DNA from: Cyanophora paradoxa CCMP329
Taxonomy: Eukaryota; Plantae; Glaucophyta
NCBI GenBank assembly: GCA_004431415.1
Contig: QPMI01000071.1
Location: 372,001-436,000, forward strand
Direction of reading: 5' to 3'
Length of the DNA stretch: 64,000 nt
Position numbers and translations under genes: made by a program. The notes beneath the pieces are model-generated. The model had not been told where the DNA came from and did not search any database. It saw nothing but the letters and a program-made list of their open reading frames with translations. Position 1 is the first letter of the stretch. Every line of letters starts with the position of its first letter. Shown in pieces: positions 20,727-32,630 of this stretch.

Positions 20727-23700
20727 ATGGGAGCCGATCTTTCAAAGTTCATCAAACCTTCGCCGGCGAGGTGCTACGATGCCGAGGACTGTAAAGGATC
20801 AATACGTATCTCGCGCACGGACACGTAAGTACATAGCACGATATATTATGAAGAAGTACACTTGTACGTGTGTGTCTGTTCACTCCTTGCGTTCCGCACC
20901 GCGCACGCAGTAACGCGAACGTGATTTCCCTCTGCTCGGACCCCTCGCACATCTCTGGCTATCAGCGAGGAAGCGCATCCTGCGTGCCTGCCAAACTGCT
21001 CTGCTACGCCTCCAGGTGATCGCGATCGATTCGGCTTCGAGCATGCGCAATTGCTCTTGCCGACATTCGCCCTTGTTCACAGCGATTGCTCTGGAGCGTT
21101 CACACTTGGAAAAGATCCGGCATCCGGCAATCTGGTCACTCATTAGTGCGCGCGCGCTTGGCCGATTCCGTGGCCTTCCAGAGGTAGTATACTCCAGTGT
21201 CGCTCAAGCTTATAATTACGAATTGCGCGTACGCAGCCAGCCTACGGGAACGTCCGACGCCGATGCATTCGCCCGTTGCCCTGCAGCGCTGTCGTACAAG
21301 AACGGAAACGACAACACATGCCGCCCTGCCCAAAACTTTATTGCATGTCACAAGGACTGGAACTGCAAGAGTACCGGAAGCGACGTCACTCATGTACTGG
21401 GAGAGGACCCGTGCGCCATCGTTTGATTCTCTGATTTGTGCCCGCGACGCCGGCCACGGCCACGACCGATTGCGCACTTCGAATTCTCACTTTACTCTCC
21501 CGTCGTTTGCAGCGCCAAGTGCCCTGCAGTTACTGCGAGCTGGAGCCTCAACGGGAACGGGAACTGCAACCCCCGGGCCCTCATGTGCTTCTCCGATAGC
21601 CAATGCACGAGTACTCCGACGGTCCCCCGAGACGCGGCCGGCAATCTCTACCCTCTGTAGTGCGCTTGGAATTGCGAGGTTTCTTGGGCGCGCTGAACGT
21701 TTAGCTCGCACTCCGTTGCAAAAGCCAGCAGCTGGGGCAGCGGTTTCCGATTGCAAAGATTAACTGCACCTGTCTTGCAGCCAGCCGACGGGTCTCTCGG
21801 ACTACGACGCGTGGCTCCGTTGCCCGGACGGGTGCGAAAAAACATATACATATAATGAAGGGAACACTTCAAATGCGCACGTATTGCCTGGTTTTGTGCT
21901 TCTCGAGAGGTCACATCGATATCGCGATCGGCAGGACGCAAGCGTTTAAAGATGCGACGTCGCTCCGATGCAACTCTGGAGTAAAGAAAGGCGGAAATTG
22001 CTACCAGGTGAATAAAGATTGATGCTTGCTTATATATGAACTGGGCAGCGCCCGGCGCCCCGACACACCTCACAATTGAATGCGATGGCAATATTAATTA
22101 TATATAATGCGTCCTCGCACCCGACACACGTGGTGTCTGACACACGCGCGCGAACGCATGTATACGTACAGAGTTTCAATTGCTCATCAGTGGATCCGAC
22201 GGGCTCTGACGTCACCCGCGCTTACGACGCGTATGCCATGCATTGCATATAACATGCCTTCTCGGAATGCTATCTCTGACCAGTCCGGATCCGTGCACGT
22301 GGCTGACTTTGCAACTGCGCGTGCGATCGTCATTAGTTCAAAGTGCCCGGATTCAGCGAACTCGTTCAAAAAGGACGGAACTTGGGTATGCAAAGCGGCG
22401 AGCCTGCATTGCTTTAGCGATACGTGCGCTATTTGTTCGGCGTCCATTCGACAGCGTCGAAGATGACAGCCGCGATCGATCGACGACAGGGCGTGCAAGA
22501 CTTCGCCGACAGCTGGAAAGGACGCCATCGGGAACAACGTTGAGCTGTAGTGCGCATCTTCGAACTCTAGATCGCACGTGATTAATATTTCTATCAAGTA
22601 TCAGCGATCGCCGCGAATTATAGGACTTGTACTCGTCTCTGACCGGCACGCTTCCAGCCAGCCTGCCGGGGTCACAGACGAGGAGGCCTGGGGGCGTTGT
22701 CCGGTGTGCTACAGCTAGCGCTCTAGAACTAAATGTTTTCCATCACACAACTCTTCTTGAAAGTCGTTGAAACGGTTCTGCTCAGCCTGGCACCCATACG
22801 TTCATGGAAATGGATTCTACTTGGTGCAAAGCTGCCATAAAAGGGACTGCCTGGTACTTGAGCTTATACAATATGCATTTGTTTGCTTTTACGACTTTAT
22901 TTTCCCCACTTATAAAGTCAACTATATGCTTGTGATGTTTAGCCAGAAGACGTACGAGTTAAACTTATTACATATCAAAGTAGTATCCAGCGCTCGTCCT
23001 TCGAATTCATCAGTATTCAGCTGCAGCGATGTTCTCAACGCTCTCCGTGTGCAGTTAGCGCTATCTACAGCTACTCGGTTCTCATCCATTGCACCTGCGC
23101 GCAGCTACTCAGACCTGAAGTGTGGCTCCACTCCCACTTACGTCTTCGACAAGTCCAAGTGTCCGGCTGACACTCTGGCCGTGCGTAACTACAATGCATA
23201 TGCCATCTGCGCCTCGCGCCGCTGAGCTCGTGTTTGTCTGCATTCCTGATGCTGCGCAAATATATGCTACAGATAATATCGAACGATATTAACAGTGGAA
23301 GATGCACTGCAAGCAAGCTCGTCTGGTGACCTTAAAACAATTTTCTAAAGAAATGTAGGCGATACGTATACCCGAACTTAAGTTCAAGCGCGCAGCTTTG
23401 CGGACGCTTTGTGCGGCGGCGTTCCCACTCTTGGAAAAGATCCGGCATCCGGCAATCTGGTCACTCATTAGTGCGCGCGCGCTTGGCCGATTCCGTGGCC
23501 TTCCAGAGGTAGTATACTCCAGTGTCGCTCAAGCTTAGAATTACGAATTGCGCGTACGCAGCCAGCCTACGGGAACATCCGACGCCGATGCATTCGCCCG
23601 TTGCCCTGCAGCGCTGTCGTACAAGAACGGAAACGACAACACATGCCGCCTCGCCCAAAAATTTATTGCATGTCACAAGGACTGGAACTGCAAGAGTACC

Positions 23701-26700
23701 GGAAGCGACGTCACTCATGTACTGGGAGAGGACCCGTGCGCCATCGTTTGATTCACTGATTTGTGCCCGCGACGCCGGCCACGGCCACGACCGATTGCGC
23801 ACTTCGAATTCTCACTTTACTCTCCCGTCGTTTGCAGCGCCAAGTGCCCTGCAGTTACTGCGAGCTGGAGCCTCAACGGGAACGGGAACTGCAACCCCCG
23901 GGCCCTCGTGTGCTTCTCCGATAGCCAATGCACGAGTACTCCGACGGTCCCCCGAGACGCGGCCGGCAATCTCTACCCTCTGTAGTGCGCTTGCGAGGTT
24001 TCTTGGGCGCGCTGAACGTTTAGCTCGCACTCCGTTGCAAAAGCCAGCAGCTGGGGCAGCGGTTTCCGATTGCAAAGATTAACTGCACCTGTCTTGCAGC
24101 CAGCCGACGGGTCTCTCGGACTACGACGCGTGGCTCCGTTGCCCGGACGGGTGCGAACCAACCCAATGAAGGGAACGCGTGAAACCGCGTTGGCTGTATT
24201 GGGGCTTATGATTCTCGAGAGTTCACATCGATATCGGCAGGACGCAAGCGTTCAAAGATGCGTCGTCGCCTTATTGCAATTACAGAGTCAAGATAGGCGG
24301 GAATTGCTACCAGGTAATCATTATCAGCGCTGGATGCTTTAGGATCATTATATATATATAACTACATGCATATGCATATTTACAGTTTCATGGTTCCCGA
24401 ATATTAATGGACGACGCATCCTTGCACCACGTGCACGTGCATGATATCCAGACCTGACACGCCTTTTGCTCGTCCAGAGTCTTGATTGCACCTCCACGGA
24501 TCCAACGGGGGCTGACGTCACCCGCGCGTACGACGTGTAAGCCATGCATAAGACGGCCCTATCGAGATCCGAAGTGGTATTCGTAACCAGCCCATGCGCA
24601 TGTGATCGATCTCAGCACGAGGTGCCCGGCTTCGGCGAACTCATTCAAGCAAGATGGCAGTTCGGAGTGCAAGGCAGCGAACCTGCTTTGCTATAGCGAC
24701 ACGTGCGCAGATTCTCGGTTTCCTTATTGCCGTCTGTCAAAGAGACTGCTTCTGAATCCGTGACAGGAAGTGCAACTCTTCGCCGACATCTGCAAAGGAC
24801 GCTCTCGGGAACGCCGTTGAGCTGTAGTGCGCATTTAATTTGCGTTTGTGGTATACTCAGTCTAAAGTGCTCGAGCTCGCGTTATCTACCCGCGGTCTCT
24901 TCGAACTCGTCCCTTGTTGCCGTTGCCGGCTCTGACGCGCGAGATGCTAGCCAGCCAGCCGGAGTCACAAACGAGGAGGCCTGGGGACGCTGCCCGGTGC
25001 GCTCTTGCACATGCATGCTACATATGTGCAGTGCATTGCTCTTGAGAAAGCATTGTTTGTAATTACATTCGCGTACGCTGCACATTTCCTGCTCAGCCTG
25101 GCACCCAAGCGGTCAAGGAAACCAATTCTTCGTGCAAAGCCGACATTCACAAAGGGACTGCCTGGTGAATATTGTTATCGCTTTAATGTCGCTGCCTGCA
25201 CTCTGATCACATCGATCGCACCTGCGCGCAGTTACTCAGACCTGAAGTGTGGCTCCACTCCCACTTACGTCTTCGACAAGTCCAAGTGTCCGGCTGACAC
25301 TCTGGCCGTGCGCAAACACACAACGTAATGAGCTAGCTGTATAATGTCATGTAGCTGTGCACACACGAATTCTACGCTGAGTTTTGCTGTCGGCATCTCT
25401 AACGTTAACCGTACCCTTTTACAAATCTTTCAGGTCGTTGCAAAGAATGAAAGGGATCCCAATTACGGTGTTTGTATGCCGCAAAAGCTCGTCTGGTAGG
25501 CCATTGACTTCACATCCAAGGGGCTCCGTACTGATCCGGAGCAGCTATTCGAGCAACAACTGCTCGGATGCCGGAACAATTACGAGCTACGATCAGTAGT
25601 GAGCCCGCGCATACGCATTCCGTTCATGGCCGGAAGGGTTCGTGTTGTATTTGATGTCATCTTACGACCTCATCACAGCCAGCCAGCTGGAGTTTCAAAC
25701 GAGCAAGCGTGGGAGCGCTGTCCGGTGCGAACGAATGCCTAGACCCGGTTTTATGGACTCTACGTGATACTGATCCCACATTTCTAGATCGGCACCCGGG
25801 CGATCAAAGAAGCGAATTCTACCGAGTGCCGCTACAGCTCCACTCTGGACCTGGGCTATTCCTGGTAACAAACCTTGTTGACAATACCAATTGATATCGA
25901 GATACATGCCCGCTTGCAGCTACTCAGACCCAAATTGTCGCTCCACTCCCACCATTGTCTTCGACAAATCGAAGTGCCCGGCTGGCACTGCAGCTGTGCG
26001 TGCAAAAGTCCTCGACCCCTTTCCTCGTCGGCTACCACTCTAATGATATAACCCTTTTGCAAATCTTCAGACCAGTCCAAGGAGTCCAATGGAAGCCAAC
26101 TTCAATGGTTGCTTGCCAGCAAAGCTCGCCTGGTAGGCTAGACTATATATTTCATATCAAAAATTAATATTCAACTAATCTGGAGCAGCTTTACGACTTC
26201 CGATTGCTCGGATGCCGGAACAGTTACCAGCTACGACCAGTAGTGAGCCCGCGCCTTCCAATCAAAATTGAAGCACTGATTATTATATTCGCGCATATAA
26301 TCTTATAATATAATTAGAACGTTGCGTTCACGGAAATCTGACGTGTACATGTACAGCCAGCCAGCTGGTGTCACAAACGAGCAAGCGTGGGAGCGCTGTC
26401 CGGTGCGCTCGACTTCGAATTCCTAGACCTGGTATAGCTTTTCTCGCCTCCGCGATGGATACTGATCCCACATCTCTAGATCGGCACCCAAGCGTTCAAG
26501 GAAGCGAATTCGTTCGGATGCAAGAACTACAACCTCCAGTATGGAGTTGCCTGGTATTCGTTAATTCAAGCTTTCGATATCGAGAACTTCAGCTTGCAAA
26601 TTGCAATTGTAGCCATAATATTCATGTATGCATATGCCTGCGCGCAGCTACTCGGACCTGAAGTGCGGCTCCACTCCCACCATCGTCTTCGACAAATCGA

Positions 26701-29700
26701 AGTGCCCGGCTGGCACTGTAGCTGTGCGTACGCGTGCGCCAAATCATCGAAGTGCCCGGCAGGCACTGTCGCTGTGCGGTTGTGTGAAACTTGACACTTG
26801 CATCTCGCATGCTCTTAATTGTTTGAAAGATTCGATCGCGAACTCGACAATCCTGACCATAACTACAGACAGCTTCAAGACACGCTGGGGGAATCCAAGG
26901 ACGGTGCTCGATAGCCAAGCTCGCCTGGTAGGCAAGACAGTGCAAAATACCGGTATCACTGCGAATTTCGAAACTGATTCGACGTGGCAGCTACATGAAC
27001 AAGGATTGCTCGGACTCCGGAACAATCACCGAATACGATGACTAGTGCGTTGACGCCCTGCATTGCAACTGCATTTTGAATTCGACTTTGTTACCAACAC
27101 TTGTGCAGCCAACCGGCTGGGGTCACGAACGAGCAAGCCTGGGCACGCTGTCCGGTGCGAAATTATTTGAATAAAAAGGCTCATTCATGATCATCGAATT
27201 GGCACTTAAGCTTGTAATTGTGCTCACGATACATGTATTTTTTTCAGCCTGGAACAAAAGCGATTCAGATCCCCAACGACTACGTGCAGTGCCGAACCTA
27301 CCCAACACATTATATCCACTGGGGCACACCCTGGTGATTGGTTTATTAAGAGAATCGCTAGCCACATAAATACAGAGGAAGATAATTGCATGCGCATTGT
27401 CAACCTTGTCCGTACTCGCGCCCGCGCGCAGCTATTCCGACTTGAACTGCACGTCTACCCCCACGTACGTCTTCGACAAGTCACAGTGTCCTGCAAACAC
27501 ACTGGCCTATGGCGTGCGTGAAAGTCAGCTCCTCTGGAAAATCGATCAGCGGTTAAGAATCCTATCTCGCAGAAGCTCTTATATAGCGGCCAGTACCAAT
27601 GCACCACAGCCAAGCTCAACTGGTAGCTGCAATATTGATTCCGATTGCGCCGGCACCCCAGCCTGGCCCGCTTCAAAATTTCGCGCCTCGTCTGAACCGG
27701 AATATGTATAGCTTCTCGAACGCAGACTGCTCGGGTTCCGTCACGACAACCAACTACGAACGCTAGTGCGCTTTACGCTCTTTTCATGATCACTATAAAT
27801 CATGAACCATGGAGGGACGGACGGCGCCCTGAAATTTAGATTGCCGCCTTTTGGTTTTACAGCTATAAGTATACAGCGAAGGTTATATACATATCTGACC
27901 AAGGTCTCATAGTCACGAATACCCCATCTCGGCTGAAGAGGCGTGGAAGCGCTGCCCCGTAAGTTGCTCTACATTGCGGAAACATTGTCCGAATTCCCAG
28001 AAATGACGCATGCTCACATACACGCGTACGTGTAAAATATCATTCCAGCTCTCCACACTGTCTGTGAAGAACGGGAACGAGGACTCGCAATTGTGCACGA
28101 AGTTATCGAACACTTATCTGGGCAATGTAACTGAATGGTATGTGGACGTGTTATGCATATGCTCTCTCAATTGTAGCTGCATATGCACATGTATTTCTAG
28201 ACTGTACCAAACAACGGACTCGCGTGCAGCTACTCGGATTTGCAATGCTCCACGACCCCTACAATCGTTTTCGACAAAACAAAATGTCCGACAGGCACTG
28301 TAGCGACACGGGTGCGCCGACTTTGCTTCACGCGAATAGCGCGTCAATCGATCGCGCCATTTACGTATCGAATGCTGCAGCCGTATACGAAAGACGACAG
28401 CGGGGTCTGCACCACATACAAGCTCACCTGGTAGCTAATTAATATAAAGCATAAGTTATTTTCATATTTAAATTCAAGCTCAATGTTGATCTACCAATAT
28501 CGAAATAGCTTCTCCGGCAAAGATTGCTCGGGAGAAGCCACTTTCACCAGCTACGACAAATAGTGCGCACGTTTGCGCCTGTTGGTTACGAAAGCAAAGC
28601 CACATGCTGAACTCCTGAACAGCCAACCAGCCCCGTATGTGGACTACAGCACTTATAGCTATCCGCCAAAGACAATCAGCGTCAGCGACGACGAGGCCAT
28701 GCGGCGTTGCCCTATGGGGACGCAGTCCGTCAAGGAAGGCGGCACGCCCACCAGTCAGTGCAAGACCAGCGGCGTGCACATGGGCGTTCAATGCTTCGTG
28801 AGCACATGCATATGCGCATGCGCATGCGCTGCCACGCATTGCTTCAGCCTTCGACTCATGATCATCGCTTCAACCTTTGCAGTCGGACGCCGAGTGCAAG
28901 ACGGGCGGGGCGTGGCAGGTTTCGATGTGCGTGCCGTTCCACGTTCTCGTACGCGTGCTGGCGTCCCCGGGGCCGGGGCCCACGTGCATTCGCATGTATA
29001 TTTATTATTCGACAAATTAGATTAACTGAAATCGCTTGCGCTTTCTTATAGATCTTCTATTGCTAAATGTATTCACGTTTTTCTTGCGCAGCGAGAAGTG
29101 CCCCTTCGACACGACCCAGTCTGTGCTCCCGGTCCTGTCCCCGACCTGCTTCTCTCGCGGCGATAACTTGCGTTTGCCGAGTGCTCTCGCCGAGTGGTGC
29201 GTTCTCGTATGTAGCTAGGTATAGCTCAAAATTTCTCCGGATCTTCCACGGGGCACTCCACCCCCCTTCGAAAATTCCCACTCCTCCTCCCCTCCCTCCC
29301 TCCCTCCCTCCCTCCCCCCCCCCCCCCCCCCCCCGCCTCCACTTCCACAATGAATGGGCCTTCTCCGATCGCAGTTACACGAAGCCGAACTGCGAAGGGA
29401 CTGGAGTATTGACGTTCAAACAAGGCGTCGACAAGTATTTTAAGTCGGTTCCTTGTCCGAAGGGTTTGCACTTGCACACACGCATCCGCCGCGCCTCGCC
29501 TCCTCGTCGAACGTATTTGAATCGGTATCGTATATATACGTAGGTACTACGGCATCGCACAAGATTTACCATGAACAAGGCACAGCGTTCGGGTGCGAGA
29601 ATAGGGCGATGTGCTTCCAGAACGAATATTGGTGAGCTTGAAATTAAAACATGTTCGAGAACTTCTCGATCGCCGTACGCGTACGGGTTGCTCCTTGCGA

Positions 29701-31058
29701 TTGATGATTTCCGATGCAGCCGACCTACATATCTGTACGGAACCCTTGATGGACCGACGAAGCCCCCCGTTTACGGAGAAACAAGACACGTGGACACGTC
29801 AGTGAACTTTGCTTTACGTTTGCGCGCGTTGGCTCGACTGAACGGCTCCACTAACCGCGGCTCTCCTCTATTCGTACTTGGCAGGTTTACGTGCAGTCAT
29901 ATGAACGAGCGTGATATCGATGGCGTGGCATACATAAAAGAAGAACCAGTCGGCGGCGTCGCAGCGAAGGCCGGCCCTCTCTTCGGGCAGACGGAGTACG
30001 GTCCCTGCCAACGGGTCGCCCCCAGATGCTATTTACAGGTGGGTGTTTTTTTCGAATATATTCGCCGGTTTCGGCTGCGTTACATTGGCCGGTACCGTTC
30101 GAAATTCGAAATGCAGGCCAATTGCGAAGGCGGACCACTCTATGGGACTTCCAGGTGCTCGAAGATTACAATTACGTGAACGATTTCGTCATCGCTGTAA
30201 CGATCCTAACAATATTGCAGCGCTGCGTATGTTATGTCCATGTGGAAGCAAGGTGGTTTTAATTTTCTTGCTTCATCTTTTATTTAAGAGCTCAAACGGA
30301 TGCTGCCTGGATCCCAATCCCAAGGCAAAATTCTCCCGAACAAATTTGTCGTGTGCTCCAAGGGTATGCAAAGTTATATGGAATTCCAAAATGAAGAGTG
30401 TCAAAACTTCGTGCGTGTCCTCGATATTTTGGCTATCTGTGCCTCGGAGAGAGCTTAAGCTCAAGTGTCGAGCGCGTGCGCGCAGACGTTCCCGAACCGC
30501 CTGGACGCCAATGTCGCCGTCGTTGAAGAGGACAGAGCGCTCGAGGTGTGCGGCGCTTTCGTCCCCACCGCCCCCCCCCCCCCCCCACCCCACCCCTCCC
30601 CCCTACCCCCCCCCCACACACACACACCCACCCTTCCACCCCTTCCCAAAGCTAGAGAAAGCTAGAGCTAGACCCCTCATATATAGCCCCGTATATAAAG
30701 GAGGGGGAGACTCTGAGACCCTCGGATCGAGAGGTTGTGTCACATACCTATATCTAAGATCGTGCTATATCGAAATAATCGAGCTAGATCGAAAGAATTT
30801 ACTATATCTAATTATATGTAATTATATATATAAGATCCTGTATCTAAGATCGAAATAAATGGAACGCGCGCGCAGGATTCGGAGATGGACTGCGATTTTG
30901 ATGACGACTTCGAATGCGATGCCTTCAGCTCGCCTTCAGCTCACGACCACGAGGCCGAGGTGCGGTCCCTGTGCTTTTATAATTAAATAGCTGATTTGCA
31001 TCTGACTGGGTTTACGTGGGATGGGTGGCTGCAGACATGTGCTGCACTGGACGCGTAG
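20727..31058 (+). CDS. Novel Cys-module repeat protein B: about 60 exons, about 1,500 aa, about 11 tandem ~105-aa eight-Cys dyads, N-myristoylation motif, acidic tail
   Basis: ATG at 20727 (MGADLSKFIKPSPARCYDAEDCKGS) with an in-frame TAA at 20712. A continuous phase-consistent GT-AG exon chain repeats QPAGVxxExAWxRCP|xGTxAxKE..C..C|YSDLxCxSTPTxVFDKSKCPAxT|..C..KLxC|Y/F....CSxxGT..YDxY. It ends ...LDANVAVVEEDRALE|DSEMDCDFDDDF...|TCAALDA* at TAG 31056-31058. The terminal exons are less certain than the repeat exons. Confidence 0.8.
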
Positions 31059-31768
31059 AGAAACTTGAAAGGAACTGCGCGCGGCATATATATGCTGCGG
31101 ATCGGCGGCGCCTTCTGAATTTGTTTCTAGGATAGGGCTGTTTTCTAGTCAGTTGCACTTGTACGTATACATTGCAATTGACGTCGACGCGTCATATACA
31201 CATTCGTGCGCGCACTCGCGACTGCTCAGCGGCTATCGCCTCTCCAGAAAAGAGGATGGTGCGGGGCGAGGATTTACACGTCCACGTGAGAGATCTAGAC
31301 GTGCTTTGCTTTTGATTGGACTATTACTGCGGGGAGAGGGACCGCAAGGGATTGGTGAAGTCAATACGAAGGCCAAATGATCATGATCACCGTCGACAGT
31401 ATTGATGCGGATCCCGACGGCAGAAATGATCATGACAGCGGATAAGATCTAGAGGGGCGGGGACGGAAAGGGGAATGAAAGGGATGGTGTGGATAGATCT
31501 AGAGATCTAGAGCGCCCTGCGGCAGCCAACGGATGGATCCGGATAGGCCAGAGTCCCCCCGCCCACCCGTGCCTCCCCCCCCCTCCCCTCCCTTTCCCTG
31601 CCCCCCTTCCTTCTGTCTAGACCGCTCTAGATCGGTCTAGACCTACTATGAATATGCGTGCACGTGCACGTGGCTCTGTGAGTCAGTAATCATGATAAAT
31701 TCAATCAGCAGTTACAGATGAGAGCATGCAAATACCGAAGGAGAGGGCAACTGCGCAAAAGCCCGCAG

Positions 31769-32598
31769 CTACCCGGCGCCCGCCGGCGCCTTGCCCGCCG
31801 CTCGCCGCGAGAGCCCCGCCCCGGCCCCCGCCGAGGGCGCCCCCGCGCGCCGCGCCGCCTCGCCCTTGCCCGCCGCTTTTGCCGCCGCCGCCGCCTCCGC
31901 CGCCGGCCGAGCCTCCGCGGAGGGCGCCGCCCCGACGTCCGCACCGGCGCCGGCGCCCGCGCCAGCCGCGTCCCGCCCGCGCCCGCCGCGTCGGCCTGCG
32001 CCTTGGCCGCCGCCTCCGCCGCCTTCCTCCGGCGCTTCTCCCGCCGGTACCGCAGCTGCCTCACGAAGCCCGTCACAATCGGAATCGCCACCGGCAGCGC
32101 GATCGGAATGTAGACCGCCGCCTGGGGTACGGGTGTCAGGCGGATGAGCGGGGAGAGGGGGGCGGGGCGAGGACCGGGGGGTACCTTGTGCTCGTCGGGG
32201 AAGTACATCATTCCGAGCATCGTCGGGTCGAAGAAAGCATCCCGCGAGGCCTGCGGGGGTACGCGATTAGATGGGGGCAGAAGAAAGGAGGGGTACGGCT
32301 ATCGCACCACGAGGGCGCGGCGGGCGGCGGAGAGGGCGGCGCTGAGGGCCGCCCGCGGGTCCAGAGACGCCACCGCCGCGCGGGCCTGCGGGAGGCGGTC
32401 GGGCGGGTACGGCATCGGGAGGGGGGTAGGGGGCAGCGCACGTCGCGGAGCTGCTCGACTGCGAGGTCGCAGAGGTTCCGAATGTGGTCCCCAACGACCT
32501 GGGGGGGTACGCGTAAGAGACGGGCGGGGGGGTACGGGATGCGAGCGGGGTACCATGTTCTTCTGCTGGTCGACGAGGGCTGTGAGGGAGCGGAGGGA

Positions 32599-32630
<32 letters not shown>

